Part shown: piece after piece, positions 10,522-21,307 of the stretch
How the letters are laid out: each line of letters opens with the position of its first letter
Position numbering within the stretch: the stretch's first letter is position 1
Assembly: GCA_963833985.1 (NCBI GenBank)
Contig: CAWIAD010000001.1
Span: 1,472,001-1,536,000 of the forward strand
Reading direction: 5' to 3'
Length of the DNA: 64,000 nt
Source: an uncultured Planctomycetaceae bacterium
GTDB taxonomy: Bacteria > Planctomycetota > Planctomycetia > Isosphaerales > Isosphaeraceae
Translations under genes and position numbers: made by a program
Notes under the pieces: generated by a model
Databases searched by the model: none
Told to the model about the DNA's origin: nothing
What the model saw: only the letters and a program-made list of their open reading frames with translations

Positions 10522-13290
10522 ATGTTGCGCCGTCTGATCGTGCCGCTTGCATTGGTCCTGGCTGGTCTCTGCGGTCCTGGCGGTCCATGGAGCGTGGCGC
10601 GGGCCGGGGAGGATCCCCGCACCGCACTCAGGTTCGTCCGGGAGCTCCGCGACCACGGGCTGCACGAGCTGGCCCTCCAGTACATTGAAGCGTTGCGGCA
10701 CGAGTCAGGCTTGCCCGCGGAGGTCACTGCCGTCCTTGATTACGAGGAAGGGCGCACCGAGATCGACGAGGCCGCCAAGACGGGCGATCTGATGCATGGC
10801 CGCGAGCTGCTGGAACAGGCGCGATTGAAGCTCGAGAGCTTCATCAAGGCGAATCCGAACCACTCGCTGGCGCGTGAGGCGATGGTGCAGGAGGCACGGA
10901 TGCTCGTGCAGCGTGGCCATCTGGCGCTGCTGCTGGCCGACGACGCGCAGGATCCGGCCCAGAAATCGGCCCGGCGGGGCGAGGCACGCGCCGCGTTCTC
11001 GCAGGCCCGCGAGGCCTTCGCCCGGGCGGTCGCGCAACTGGACACGTCGTACAAGAGCTTTTCCGGTTTCATTCCCAAGGGCGATCCGCGGCTCGAGGAG
11101 CGTACGAAAATCTATTCCGCACTGCTGGATGCCAAACTTCAGCAAGCCGTGAGCATCTATGAGCTGGCCCAGACGCTTCCCGCCGGCTCCGGCGAGCGGA
11201 AAGCCCAGCTGGAGACGGCGGAGAAGCAGTTCGACGGTCTTTACAAGGACTACCGGACGCAGATGGCCGGCCTCACCGCGCAGATGTGGCAGGCCAAGTG
11301 CTACGAGGAAGAGGGCAAGATTGGCGAGGCCATCGGCATCTACAAGTCCCTGCTCGAGCAGCCCGACCCGGTGCTGCGGCCGCTCCAGCGGTTCGTGGGG
11401 TACTTTCACATCGTCGCCCTGGCGAAGCGCAAGGATCATGCGCTGGCGGCGGATGAGGCGGTTCGCTGGCTCGAGAAGTATTCCCGCCGCGAGGAGCGGC
11501 GATCCCAGGAGGGGCTGGGCGTGCTGCTGGAGCTGGCCAAGAATATTGATGCCCAGCTGACTCCCGCCACCGAGAAGGCCGAGCGCCAGCAGGCCGGCAA
11601 GCGAATCGTGGACGCGGTCTCGCAGGTCGTCCGCTACACCTCGCCGTACAAGAACGAGGCACTCGCCCTGCTGAAGAAGTACAAGCCGACGGCGGCTGCC
11701 CGCACCGAGGAACTGGCCCGGATGTCCTACGACGACGCCGTGAACCAGGCCGACGAATCCATTGCCTCTCGTGAGTGGGAGCGAGCCATCACGCTGCTCA
11801 AGGCCGCCGGTACCAAGGCGGAATCCGGCCGCGACGTCGACAAGCTGAACCGCTCGCGCTACAACCTCTCGTTCTGCTACTACATGAACAAGCAGTTCTA
11901 CGAATCCGACGTCCTGGCCGAGCACCTCGCCCGGCGCTATCCTCAGGGCGGTCTCTCGACCAAGGCGGCGGAGATCGGCATGCAGGCCCTGGCCGATGCC
12001 TACAATACCTATACTGAGATCGACCGCGGCAGCGATCTGGAGCGGCTCATTGACCTGGCCAGGTACACCGCGGAGACCTGGCCCGACCGCGAGCAGGCGG
12101 ACGACGCGCACATCAACCTGGGGATGATTCACCAGGGCCGTGGCCAGTACGATGAGGCCATCGCGCAGTTCACGGCGGTGCGTGACCGATCTCCCAAGAA
12201 GATCGAGGCTCAGACGCGCCTGGGGGCCGCTCATTGGGGCAAGAGCCGGCTGCTCGACCGCCGTGGCGACAAGGACAAGGCGGCCGCCGAGGCAGCCATT
12301 GCCATCGACATCCTGGAGAAGAGCCTCAAGGCCCGTGAGACCGCCGGCGCAGGGCGTAACGATGCCGGCCTGGTGGGTAACGCCGCGGACCTTGCCGTGG
12401 CCCTCACCGAGACCGGCAAGCCGGCTGACGCCCTCAAGCTGCTTGACCCGATCAATCGTGCGCAGACCTCGAAAACGGGCGCGGCCTACTCCCACCTGCT
12501 GGAAGCCACCTTGCTGGCCCAGGTCAACACGGGGCAGGTGGAGCCGGCCATCAGCACCATGAAAGCGCTCGAGCAGACCGGTGCTTCAGCCACCCGTGGC
12601 TCGCTCTACTCGAAGCTGGGCAAGCTGCTGGAGCGCGAGGTGGAACGGCTCCGCGCCTCGAAGAACAGCACGGCGCTGAACCGCGTCCAGACGACGTACA
12701 AGCAGTTCCTCATCGCGCTCAGCGAGAGCAAGGCGGCGCAGACGTTCGAGCTGCTACAGTGGGCCGCGGAGTCGCTGCTGACTCTGGATGCGGCTGCCGA
12801 GGCCGAGAAGGTGCTGCGCACGGTGATCGCCGACGCTGCCGACCCCGCCTTTCTGGGCAGCGGGGGAAAGGACCGCCTGATGCGCACCAAGCTGAAGCTG
12901 GCCGACGCGCTGCGGCTTCAGGGGCTCAAGGATCGGAAGAAGCTGGATGAGGCGGCCTCGCTGGTGGATGAATTGCTCTCCCAGTATCCGCGATACCTGG
13001 ACCCGCTGGTCGCCCGGGGGATGCTGCTGGAATCCCAGGCGAAGGCCGGCCAGGGTGAATGGTCCGCGGCGCTGGCGCACTGGCAAGACCTGGCGCAGAA
13101 GCTCTCCCGGACACGGCCGCGGCCCGTATCGTACTTCGACGCCTGGTATCACGCGGCCTACTGCATGCACCAGCAAAAGGCCGACGTCAAGGCGCGCCAG
13201 ATCCTCAACGGCATCATGCGGCTCAACCCCGGCGTTGGCAGTCCGGAGATGCTCGCACGATATCAAAAGTTGCTCAGCAGTATGAAATAG
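10522..13290 (+). CDS. Large secreted alpha-helical/TPR protein
   Basis: ~920-aa ORF with strong GC3 bias, signal peptide MLRRLIVPLALVLAGL, TPR-like helices. Confidence 0.85.
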   Translation: MLRRLIVPLALVLAGLCGPGGPWSVARAGEDPRTALRFVRELRDHGLHELALQYIEALRHESGLPAEVTAVLDYEEGRTEIDEAAKTGDLMHGRELLEQARLKLESFIKANPNHSLAREAMVQEARMLVQRGHLALLLADDAQDPAQKSARRGEARAAFSQAREAFARAVAQLDTSYKSFSGFIPKGDPRLEERTKIYSALLDAKLQQAVSIYELAQTLPAGSGERKAQLETAEKQFDGLYKDYRTQMAGLTAQMWQAKCYEEEGKIGEAIGIYKSLLEQPDPVLRPLQRFVGYFHIVALAKRKDHALAADEAVRWLEKYSRREERRSQEGLGVLLELAKNIDAQLTPATEKAERQQAGKRIVDAVSQVVRYTSPYKNEALALLKKYKPTAAARTEELARMSYDDAVNQADESIASREWERAITLLKAAGTKAESGRDVDKLNRSRYNLSFCYYMNKQFYESDVLAEHLARRYPQGGLSTKAAEIGMQALADAYNTYTEIDRGSDLERLIDLARYTAETWPDREQADDAHINLGMIHQGRGQYDEAIAQFTAVRDRSPKKIEAQTRLGAAHWGKSRLLDRRGDKDKAAAEAAIAIDILEKSLKARETAGAGRNDAGLVGNAADLAVALTETGKPADALKLLDPINRAQTSKTGAAYSHLLEATLLAQVNTGQVEPAISTMKALEQTGASATRGSLYSKLGKLLEREVERLRASKNSTALNRVQTTYKQFLIALSESKAAQTFELLQWAAESLLTLDAAAEAEKVLRTVIADAADPAFLGSGGKDRLMRTKLKLADALRLQGLKDRKKLDEAASLVDELLSQYPRYLDPLVARGMLLESQAKAGQGEWSAALAHWQDLAQKLSRTRPRPVSYFDAWYHAAYCMHQQKADVKARQILNGIMRLNPGVGSPEMLARYQKLLSSMK

Positions 13291-13379
13291 CGGGTTGTGG
13301 GCAATGGGCGGAGGGACGTGTGGGGAGACGCTTCGGAATCGGTCGTTGCGACCGGATGGCCGGGATGGAAGTCAGAAAC

Positions 13380-14447
13380 ATGACATCACACTTCAGAGTT
13401 ATTCTTTGCGTGCAAACACGGATGCCGGGCTTCGCCCTCGTGGCTGCGCTCCTGCTGGCGGGTGCGGCACGAGCCGACGAGGTGATGCTGGTGCCGGGAT
13501 CCACGGTCAAACAGGCCATCGGCGGCAGGGTGCGCGGGCAGGTGCAGTCGGAATCGCCGAGCGAGGTGGTGGTCAAGCTGGGATCGAGTACGACGACGGT
13601 TCCGACCGATCAGATCGTCTCCATCCGCTATGACGGCCAGCCGGCGACCTTGCAGCTCGCCGAGACGCGCGAGGCCGCAGGACAGCTCGCCGAGGCGGCA
13701 GCGCTCTTCAAGAAAGCCGCGGGCGAGGCCGGCGATAAACCGTATGTCACACAAACGGCCCAGTACCGCGAGGCCGCGGCGCTCGCCGACCTGGCACTCG
13801 TCGAGCCCGAACGCGCACGGGACGCCAGGGACCACCTGGCCCGGTTCGTGCGGGATCATCCGACCAGCCGGCACATCATTCCCGCACGCGAGGACCTGGC
13901 CCGGCTCCAGTTGAACATGGGCGATTACACGGGCGCGGAAGCCACCATCGCCGCCCTGGCCAGGTTGCCAAGGGCCGCCGAACGGGCGGGCGTTCTGCGG
14001 GCCAAGGTGCTTGCCAAGCAGGGAAAGCATGACGAGGCCGTCGCCGAGCTGGACCGGTTGATCGCAACGTTCCCCGATCGCTCGGCCGGCCAGCGCGAGG
14101 CGCGGTTGGCGAAGGCCGAGAGCCTGGCCGGCCTGAAGAAATACAAGGAGGCCGAGAGCCTTGTGCGTCAGGTCATCGCGGCCGCTCCCGCCGAGGACAT
14201 CGCGGCCGAGTCCGCCGCGTACAACACCCTGGGTGATTGCCTGCGGGCGGACAATCGCCCCAAGGATGCCCTGCTCGCCTACCTGCACACCGACCTGCTG
14301 TATGGCAAGGACAAGCTGGAGCATCCCCGGGCGCTCTTCCAGATCGAGAAGTTGTTCCGCCAGCTCAAGCAAGACGGCCGTGCTGATGAGTACGCCCAGC
14401 GCCTGCGGCAGGAATATCCCCGCAGCCCCTGGCTCACTGCCAAATAG
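13380..14447 (+). CDS. Secreted TPR-repeat protein
   Basis: Signal ...ALLLAGAARA-DEV, TPR motifs, C-terminal EYPRSPW (BamD/YbgF-like ending). Confidence 0.85.
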   Translation: MTSHFRVILCVQTRMPGFALVAALLLAGAARADEVMLVPGSTVKQAIGGRVRGQVQSESPSEVVVKLGSSTTTVPTDQIVSIRYDGQPATLQLAETREAAGQLAEAAALFKKAAGEAGDKPYVTQTAQYREAAALADLALVEPERARDARDHLARFVRDHPTSRHIIPAREDLARLQLNMGDYTGAEATIAALARLPRAAERAGVLRAKVLAKQGKHDEAVAELDRLIATFPDRSAGQREARLAKAESLAGLKKYKEAESLVRQVIAAAPAEDIAAESAAYNTLGDCLRADNRPKDALLAYLHTDLLYGKDKLEHPRALFQIEKLFRQLKQDGRADEYAQRLRQEYPRSPWLTAK

Positions 14448-14461
14448 CCTGATGGAACAGG

Positions 14462-15616
14462 CTACAGCGCCGGTTCCCCGGTCACGGCAAAGGGAAGCAC
14501 GGCCTGGCTGACCGGGCCGGGCGCAACCACCGCCTGCCGGCTGCCGCCCGGGCTCGCTGCGGCCCGTCCTGAACGGCCGTGGATCGGCTGCCGGTGACCT
14601 TTTGGAGGAACCACGAGCCGCAGTACCACGCCGACGGCCGAGCAGAAGCGCTGGAGCCGGCGGGCAGGCAGGGTTGAGCTTGACCTGAGATGACGGAGCA
14701 AGTAGCTGGCCTTCCCGGTGGCGAGAATCAGGCGGCTGTGCTGATGGGGCAGAGGACTGTCCGCGGCCGTGCCGCTAGGCGTGTGCCGCTGGCATCCTGA
14801 CGCGCTATAGCCGTTGGCGCGAAGCCACTTTCCGCAAAGACCTTCCAGCAGGGCCAGATCTCCCGGCGCGAAATCGGTCCGCCAGCAGACGCTGCCGCCG
14901 GGACGCAGGTGGTTCCAGTGCAGGAGAGTGACCGGATCGCAGATCTGGTGGTTCGAGGGCGCGTTCAGGTCGATTCCAGCGGTGACCAGGCGACGCCGCA
15001 GCGTCTCGATCCGCGCCCGGTTCGAGTCCCAGGAGTACTCCTCGGCGATCTGGGCAGCCTGTCGGCGCGTGACGCCAAGACCCAGATGGCGCGCGAGCTG
15101 AACCACGGCCGTGACCGGATCGAGGATGAGTTCCTCGTAGCGCTGGATGAGCACCCGGGGCTGGGCTCGCCAGAAGCGGTCATTGGCCAGGATCTGGTGG
15201 ATCATGCCCCGGCGGATCAGCTCAGAAGACGTCAGGCTTTGCTTGTGGCCGAGCGAGCAGACGACATCGCGAATGTCGCGATACGCGTAGACGGCCAGTG
15301 CTTCTCCGGAGGCGAGCATGCGGGTGAAGTGCCGGTCGCCCTCGTGTGACTTGAGCACGGCCCACCGGGGCCGGTGGTCGGCCTGGCCGTCTGGTCCGGA
15401 GCACCGGGCCGCCTGCGCCGTGTAAGCGGCTCCGGTGAGATAGCCAAGCCGTCGGCCGCCGAGATGGTGCTCGAGGAGATGAGCGACGACGGCATACTGC
15501 CAGGTCGAGCACGCCCGGTACATTCCTCCGCAGATCACAAGCTGCGTCAACGGCCGGTGGCTGGCTCCGTACCGCAGGCCGCGATGCCACGAGCGATGCG
15601 CACAGTGGTCACGCAT
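14462..15616 (-). CDS. Sulfotransferase-domain protein (start uncertain)
   Basis: ICGGMYRACSTW (5'PSB-like), LKSH, YRDIRDVVCS (3'PB-like), RYEEL. Confidence 0.75.
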   Translation of the reverse strand: MRDHCAHRSWHRGLRYGASHRPLTQLVICGGMYRACSTWQYAVVAHLLEHHLGGRRLGYLTGAAYTAQAARCSGPDGQADHRPRWAVLKSHEGDRHFTRMLASGEALAVYAYRDIRDVVCSLGHKQSLTSSELIRRGMIHQILANDRFWRAQPRVLIQRYEELILDPVTAVVQLARHLGLGVTRRQAAQIAEEYSWDSNRARIETLRRRLVTAGIDLNAPSNHQICDPVTLLHWNHLRPGGSVCWRTDFAPGDLALLEGLCGKWLRANGYSASGCQRHTPSGTAADSPLPHQHSRLILATGKASYLLRHLRSSSTLPARRLQRFCSAVGVVLRLVVPPKGHRQPIHGRSGRAAASPGGSRQAVVAPGPVSQAVLPFAVTGEPAL

Positions 15617-15911
15617 GGTATGAGCATGGGAGGGCCGCAAGTGCGGACCTGGAACACGTGAGCCCGTATCCGAGAACGGCCCGGGACCGAAATCCGCCCG
15701 GCCATGGTTCGCCGTCAACCTGCGCCTCCCATTCCACGGCTGGAGCCGACAGGGCCCCGCGCGCGGGCGAAATGAAGCTTGAAGGGAAGCGATTTCTACC
15801 CGAAACCCCCGGTTCCGGCCATCTGAGTTTCAAGGAAAAACGGGAGCCGAGACACGGGAGCCGGGACGATTTGAGGAGGCCGACTCGTGGTCAGGCTCGG
15901 TCCAGGCTGGC

Positions 15912-16154
15912 TTATCTGTTCCCGCGCGGGCGGGGCTTGGCGGGCAATGTTGGCCAGTAGATGAGGATGGTGCCCACCAGCCACATCACGAAGCCAGCCC
16001 CCACGCCCGTCCAGATCTGTCTGGAGGAAAAGTGGCCGGGAAGCGGTGCCCCGTGGGAATCGGTACCGGATCGCAGGGCCTGCGCCAGGATACCGAGGAC
16101 CTCGACGGCAAGGCCGATCAGACGCACGATTTGACCAGCAAAGCGTTTCGTCAT
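15912..16154 (-). CDS. Small two-TM hypothetical protein
   Basis: 80 aa with two hydrophobic segments; directly downstream of and co-oriented with the oxidoreductase. Confidence 0.65.
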   Translation of the reverse strand: MTKRFAGQIVRLIGLAVEVLGILAQALRSGTDSHGAPLPGHFSSRQIWTGVGAGFVMWLVGTILIYWPTLPAKPRPRGNR

Positions 16155-16200
16155 GCTTCTGACCGGCCTTTCCGGAGGAGCCTGGTATCTATCAAAGATT

Positions 16201-17556
16201 CTAGATCTTCGGCAGTTCGAATCCCTGACGAGCTTCCCGAGCCAGCAGATTGTTGGCTTCGAGATCGTGCTTGAACGTCTCGGTTTCGACGTCCCAGGCG
16301 AGCTTGCGTCCAACCTTGAGGGCAATGTTGCCCAGATGGCACGTGTTGGTGGAACGATGGGCGATCTCGATGTCGCTCGTGGGCCGGGCGCGACTCCTGA
16401 GACAGTCCAGGAAATTGCGGACATGGGCATTCTGCCCGTCAACTCCACCGGCCTTTTCGGGCTTGAGATCGATCTTGCGCACCGGGCGGTCGCCGTGCAC
16501 GAGCTTGATGCCGTAGGGCAGGACGGTGTGGTCGGGAATGACCTCGAATCCGCTGCGGTCCAGCATCAGGCTGCCGTCGGTGCCGCAGAAGAGGATGCCG
16601 TAATCATGGCCGTTGAAGCGCAGGCCGTTGCCCTTGCGCATCGAGTAGGTCAGCGTGGTGCCGGGGAACTCATAAATGACCTGGAGTGTGTCGGGCGTGT
16701 CCCGGTCATCGTCGGTGGTGAAGATGCCGCCGGTGGACGAGACCGTCTGAGGCCCTTTGGCATCGAGCGCCCAGAGGACGATGTCGTTGAGATGCACGCC
16801 CCAGTCGCTCATCATGCCGCCGGCGTAGTCGAAGAACCAGCGGAAGAGCAGGTGGAACCGGTTCGGATTGAAGGCCCGCTTGGGCGCGGGACCCAGCCAG
16901 CGATCGTAATCGACGTACGAGGGCGCCTCACTGTCCGGATACCGGCCCATTCCTGTCGGGCTGATGTTCTCGTAATTCCAGGTCTGCACCCAGAAAACCT
17001 TGCCAAGCTTCCCCGAGCGCACGATCTCGACGGCTCTCTGGAAGTGAGTGGACGATCGCTGCTGCGTACCCACAGCCATGATCTTGTTGTATTTCCGCGC
17101 CGCGGCAAGCATGGCCTTGCCCTCGGCGACGTTGTGGCCGACCGGCTTTTCCACGTAGACATCCTTGCCTGCCATCACCGCCTGGATCGCCGGCAGGGCG
17201 TGCCAGTGATCCGGAGTGGCAATGATCACCGCGTCAATATCCTTGCGATCGAGCATGCCACGATAATCGCGTGCGGTCTCGGGGGTATTCCCCTTCTCTT
17301 TCTTCACGCGTTCCGCGGTCTCGCCGGCGTGCCGGTCGTCCACGTCGGCAATTGCGACCAGCTCCACGTCGGCCTGGGGCAGGAATGAGTCGAGCAACTG
17401 GCCTCCGCGGCTGCCCGAGCCAATGATACCCAGCCGGACCTTGTCGGCAGCCCAGGCCCCGGCGCGAACCGCCGGCGCCCCCAGGGCCGAAACGGCGCCC
17501 GCGGACACTCCCACTGCTTCCACGAACCCGCGCCTCGTCAAACCTTCGCTCGCCAT
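16201..17556 (-). CDS. Gfo/Idh/MocA family oxidoreductase, Tat-exported
   Basis: TRRGF Tat motif, GIIGSGSRG, ATPDHWH, YVEKP, DWGVHL. Confidence 0.93.
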   Translation of the reverse strand: MASEGLTRRGFVEAVGVSAGAVSALGAPAVRAGAWAADKVRLGIIGSGSRGGQLLDSFLPQADVELVAIADVDDRHAGETAERVKKEKGNTPETARDYRGMLDRKDIDAVIIATPDHWHALPAIQAVMAGKDVYVEKPVGHNVAEGKAMLAAARKYNKIMAVGTQQRSSTHFQRAVEIVRSGKLGKVFWVQTWNYENISPTGMGRYPDSEAPSYVDYDRWLGPAPKRAFNPNRFHLLFRWFFDYAGGMMSDWGVHLNDIVLWALDAKGPQTVSSTGGIFTTDDDRDTPDTLQVIYEFPGTTLTYSMRKGNGLRFNGHDYGILFCGTDGSLMLDRSGFEVIPDHTVLPYGIKLVHGDRPVRKIDLKPEKAGGVDGQNAHVRNFLDCLRSRARPTSDIEIAHRSTNTCHLGNIALKVGRKLAWDVETETFKHDLEANNLLAREARQGFELPKI

Positions 17557-17834
17557 GTTCACCACCTTTTCCGGAATGGCCCGCCTCCCGTCCGGCGCAT
17601 CGCACGTCAGCGACCGGTTTCCATTGCCGATCGTACCGGTAGGCGAACGCGAATGCCAGTAAGCGTCGACGTACGTTCTGGATGAACCGATGGGCAGGAA
17701 CCATACCCTGCAAGGGAAGCCGCATTCTCACTTTACTTGCGCGTATGCCAAGGGAATCGGACCCATGGCGCAGGGCAGCCTCTCCGGATGCCTCGCATGT
17801 TATTGGCTTCAAATCTTGAGAAGTGGTATGCCAG

Positions 17835-17850
17835 CGGCACGCGGCGTGCG
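17835..17850 (+). promoter_or_regulatory. Putative sigma54 (-24/-12) promoter of the 19265 gene, now separated from it by ISAs1
   Basis: CGGCACGCGGCGTGCG fits GG-N10-GC; ~118 nt from the ATG once the IS and one TSD are removed. Confidence 0.5.
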
Positions 17851-17921
17851 TTCGAGGGATGGCCACGGCCGCTGTGGCCGGCTGCCAGTGATCCTGACCA
17901 TCACGCGGGCTCCCCTTTCAG

Positions 17922-19207
17922 CAGGGCCAGCGCGGCACTTTAGGCAGGCTTGGTAGGATGTAGGGGTTGCGCTTTGTGCCGTTTATTTGTATACCTCTCC
18001 GTGTGTGACATCGCTCCCGGCACACGGAGAATCCGCCATGGCAGATCATCGACGTGTCTCTTTGGATGAGGTTGTGGCCCACTTTCAGCAATTGGAGGAT
18101 CCACGCTCGACCATCAATCAGCGACATCCCCTGGTCAGTGTACTGGTTATCGCCTTGCTGGCGGTGCTCGCCGGTGCCGCCGGGCCAACCGCGATCGCGC
18201 GCTGGGCATCCCTGAAGCAGGAGCTTCTCCTTCAGGTGCTCGAGTTGCCCAACGGCGTGCCGCGCAAGGATGTCTTCCGCCGCGTCCTCATGATGCTGAA
18301 GCCGGCCGCCTTCCAGGCCTGCTTTGCCAGTTGGTTGCAGTCGTTGCGTACGGCGGCGATCGCGGCGACCGGCGTGGAGCAACCCATCCTGGCTGTGGAC
18401 GGCAAGACGGTGCGACGCAGCCACGACCACAAGAACGGTCTGGGTGCCCTGCATTCGGTCACCGTCTGGGCCAGCGAGTTCGGCCTCTCGCTGGGTCAGG
18501 TGGCCTGCGACGAAAAATCGAACGAAATCACGGCCATTCCCGAGCTTTTGAGGCTGGTGGACATCAAAGGGGCGATCATCACCATCGACGCGATGGGCAC
18601 TCAGAAGGCAATCGCAGCGGAGATCATCAAGGGCAAGGCCGACTTTGTGCTGGCGCTGAAGGGGAACCAAGAGACGCTGCATCAGGCGGTCATCGATTAC
18701 ATCGACAAGCAACTCGATGGAGACATCTCCGATGCGCAAGAACATGTAACGAATGAGCGTGGACATGGGCGTGAGGAGATGCGAACCTATCTCCAGCTCC
18801 CGGCCCCCAAGGAGCTGCCCGGCTTCGATCTGTGGGCGGGACTGAAGTCGATCGGGGTGGTGACGTCGCGCTGCCTTCGGGACGGGAAGGAATCTGTCGA
18901 AGTCCGCTACTACATCAGCAGTCTGGCCCTGGATGTGAAAACCTTCGCCCGAGCCGTTCGTGGGCACTGGGGTATCGAGAACAGCTGTCACTGGACGCTG
19001 GACATGAGCTTTCGCGAGGACGAATCGCGGCTCCGCGAGCGGCGGTTGAGAGAGAATTTCGCGTGGCTGAACCGCTTCGCGTTGTCGCTCTGCAAACAGC
19101 ATCCTGGACGCCAAAGCGTCGTGATGAAGCGCCGGAGTTGCGGTTGGAGCGATACCTTCTTGATGGAAGTCGTTACTGGATCTACATGTTAGTGTGCGCT
19201 GGCCCTG
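17922..19207 (+). mobile_element. Complete ISAs1-family insertion sequence (1286 bp)
   Basis: TIR CAGGGCCAGCGC at 17922 and its complement ending at 19207; 10-bp TSD CCCCTTTCAG at 17912-17921 and 19208-19217. Confidence 0.95.
18038..19192 (+). CDS. ISAs1-family transposase
   Basis: LEDPR, AVDGKTVR, KSNEITAIP, TIDAMGTQ, ALKGNQ, GHGREE, RGHWGIEN..HWTLD..FRED. Confidence 0.96.
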   Translation: MADHRRVSLDEVVAHFQQLEDPRSTINQRHPLVSVLVIALLAVLAGAAGPTAIARWASLKQELLLQVLELPNGVPRKDVFRRVLMMLKPAAFQACFASWLQSLRTAAIAATGVEQPILAVDGKTVRRSHDHKNGLGALHSVTVWASEFGLSLGQVACDEKSNEITAIPELLRLVDIKGAIITIDAMGTQKAIAAEIIKGKADFVLALKGNQETLHQAVIDYIDKQLDGDISDAQEHVTNERGHGREEMRTYLQLPAPKELPGFDLWAGLKSIGVVTSRCLRDGKESVEVRYYISSLALDVKTFARAVRGHWGIENSCHWTLDMSFREDESRLRERRLRENFAWLNRFALSLCKQHPGRQSVVMKRRSCGWSDTFLMEVVTGSTC

Positions 19208-19264
19208 CCCCTTTCAGATCACGCTGCAAGACCCCGCGACTCTCCAGAGCTTCAAGAGGAAGAC

Positions 19265-21307
19265 ATGCAACAAAGAAAGCGCAATCGCATGGCCTTTCGC
19301 CCATGCGCTGATCCCTTTAATTTGGAGGATCGGACGGTTCTCAGCGCGGCCGGCGGTGGCGTGCCGGCGGCAATCGCCGAGATCGCCGCGCGGGCTGCGG
19401 CGCTGAGGTCGCACGCGCAGGTGGGCGGCATGATCAGCCCGTACGCCGCTTCATCGCAGGTCTCATCGCCGACTTCATCAACTCAACAATCCACGGTGTC
19501 CTCCGTGACGTCTCGTTACAGCCTTTTCCAGAGCTACAGCAGCCGGTTTCAGGCCGCGGCGAACGACCTCAAGAGCTACCTGGGCAGCCAGATCACCCAG
19601 CTCTACGCCAGCGGCCAGCCATCGTCGGCCCAGCTCAATAACCTTCAGCTCCAGGTCATCGGCGCGATGGATGCCACGACGCTGCGGGTATCCAGCCAGA
19701 TCGGACTTCTGCCGGGTTCCAGCTCGCTGGTCTCCGGCGTGCAGGACGCTTTCCTGGCCAACAACGGCGTCAGCCTGGTCGATCGTTTGAACGGCATCGT
19801 TGGCTACGGCGCGTTCAACGCCTCGGCCTCCCGGTTGACCTCGGTCCTGAACTCGGTGATCAACCGCGAAGTGAGTGGGTTGACCTCCTCGTTCGAGAGC
19901 TTTCTCAGGAATGCGCCCGTCTACCGGATGGCGACCGACCAGACCGGACAGATCGTGCCCATCCAGCAGTACATGGCGCAGCAGGCGGTGAGTCACTTCA
20001 CCAATGCCTTCGGCGCCCTGGCGCAGGGCTACCCCACGGTGGCCAGCGCCCTGCTTTTCCCTGGTGGCGCGACCTCGGCGACGCCACAGCTTGAGCAGTC
20101 GCTTCAGACCCAGACCCTGAACGCGCTGAGCGCTGTGAACTATCAACTGGCAGGCGATCTCTCGGTCCTCTCGAACGTCCAGCCGGGCCTGGCGCAGCAG
20201 CTTCAGCAGGCGTTTTACGGCGCGTCGGGGGATCCCAGCCTCTATTCGGTCCTCTCTGCCCTGCCGGCCACGAGTACGGGATTCACGCAAGCAGCCACGA
20301 GCGCGTTCAGTACGTCATTTCAGAATATTGCCGGCATGCTCAATACCTCACTCGGCCTCACTCCGAGCAGTAGTCCCACGCTGCCCACCGGGCAGACTCA
20401 GGGGATCTTCGGCAACTCCTACAGTAATTACGGTGCCGGATTCAACAATGGATTCGGCAACGGATTCTACGGCTTCGGCACCGCGCCAGCGGCCAACTCA
20501 GCGTACTTCACTGGCTTCAACTCCGGGTTCTATGGCCTGAACAACAGCCTGAACACGAGCTTCGGCTTCACCTTACCGACCTTAACGGGCAGCGGCACCG
20601 GCACCACCGGGACTGGGACCACGGGTACTGGGACGACGGGCATCGGGACCACCGGCACGGGCACGACGGGCACCGGGACCACGGGCATCGGGACCACCGG
20701 CACGGGCACCACGGGCACAGGGACCACGGGCACGGGCACCACGGGCACAGGGACCACGGGCACAGGCACGACGGGCATCGGGACCACGGGCATCGGGACC
20801 ACGGGGGCGGGAACGACGGGTCTCGGCAATGGGACCAGCGGGACGGCCACGGTAACGGGCACCGGTCTGGGAGCCGTCGGGACGGGTACCGGCGTTGGCG
20901 GAACGGGACTCACGGGTACTGGCGCCGCGGGGACCGGCACGGGCACGGGCCTCGGTGGCCTGGGCACCGGAACCGGTCAGGGCGGCCTCGGTACCACGGG
21001 CACCGGCGCGGTGGGTACAGGCACTGGAACCGGGCTGGGAGGCATCGGTACGGGCACAGGTCTCGGCGGACTGGGAACGGGCCTGGGGACCTCAGGAGCA
21101 GGAGCAGGCACCGGAACGGGAACCATCGGCGCTGGGACCACGGGCACCGGCACGTCCACGACCGGTACCACAACGGGGACAACCGGCATCGGTTCAGTTG
21201 GCGCGGGTTCTGGTACGTCGGGGCCCGGAACCGCGGGGACAGGCCTTGGGACCGGGCTCTCGGGCACGGGTCTCGGCACGGGAGGCATCGGCAGCGGCGG
21301 GCTCTGA
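19265..21307 (+). CDS. Secreted Ser/Gly/Thr-rich protein with planctomycete LEDR export motif and GT repeat tail (paralogue 1)
   Basis: [22 protein letters not shown]-terminus, helical middle, aromatic GF-N-GFY block, ~240-aa Gly/Thr tail. Confidence 0.85.
   Translation: MQQRKRNRMAFRPCADPFNLEDRTVLSAAGGGVPAAIAEIAARAAALRSHAQVGGMISPYAASSQVSSPTSSTQQSTVSSVTSRYSLFQSYSSRFQAAANDLKSYLGSQITQLYASGQPSSAQLNNLQLQVIGAMDATTLRVSSQIGLLPGSSSLVSGVQDAFLANNGVSLVDRLNGIVGYGAFNASASRLTSVLNSVINREVSGLTSSFESFLRNAPVYRMATDQTGQIVPIQQYMAQQAVSHFTNAFGALAQGYPTVASALLFPGGATSATPQLEQSLQTQTLNALSAVNYQLAGDLSVLSNVQPGLAQQLQQAFYGASGDPSLYSVLSALPATSTGFTQAATSAFSTSFQNIAGMLNTSLGLTPSSSPTLPTGQTQGIFGNSYSNYGAGFNNGFGNGFYGFGTAPAANSAYFTGFNSGFYGLNNSLNTSFGFTLPTLTGSGTGTTGTGTTGTGTTGIGTTGTGTTGTGTTGIGTTGTGTTGTGTTGTGTTGTGTTGTGTTGIGTTGIGTTGAGTTGLGNGTSGTATVTGTGLGAVGTGTGVGGTGLTGTGAAGTGTGTGLGGLGTGTGQGGLGTTGTGAVGTGTGTGLGGIGTGTGLGGLGTGLGTSGAGAGTGTGTIGAGTTGTGTSTTGTTTGTTGIGSVGAGSGTSGPGTAGTGLGTGLSGTGLGTGGIGSGGL
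20603..20827 (+). repeat. 15 tandem 15-bp units encoding TTG(T/I/A/L)G
   Basis: AC[CG]AC[CG]GGN-NNN-GGN units counted directly; synonymous variation between units. Confidence 0.95.

Noticed and set aside
8855..12495. Long ORFs 8855-10471(+) and 10705-12495(-)
   Set aside because: Antisense shadows of motif-bearing genes, typical of high-GC DNA.
17918..19114. 398-aa minus-strand ORF
   Set aside because: Antisense shadow of the ISAs1 transposase.
20603..20827. Possible CRISPR array
   Set aside because: Contiguous 15-bp coding units with no spacers and no cas genes.
20530..21288. Pro/Val-repeat ORFs (PVPVV)n
   Set aside because: Reverse-strand reading of the Gly/Thr repeat.
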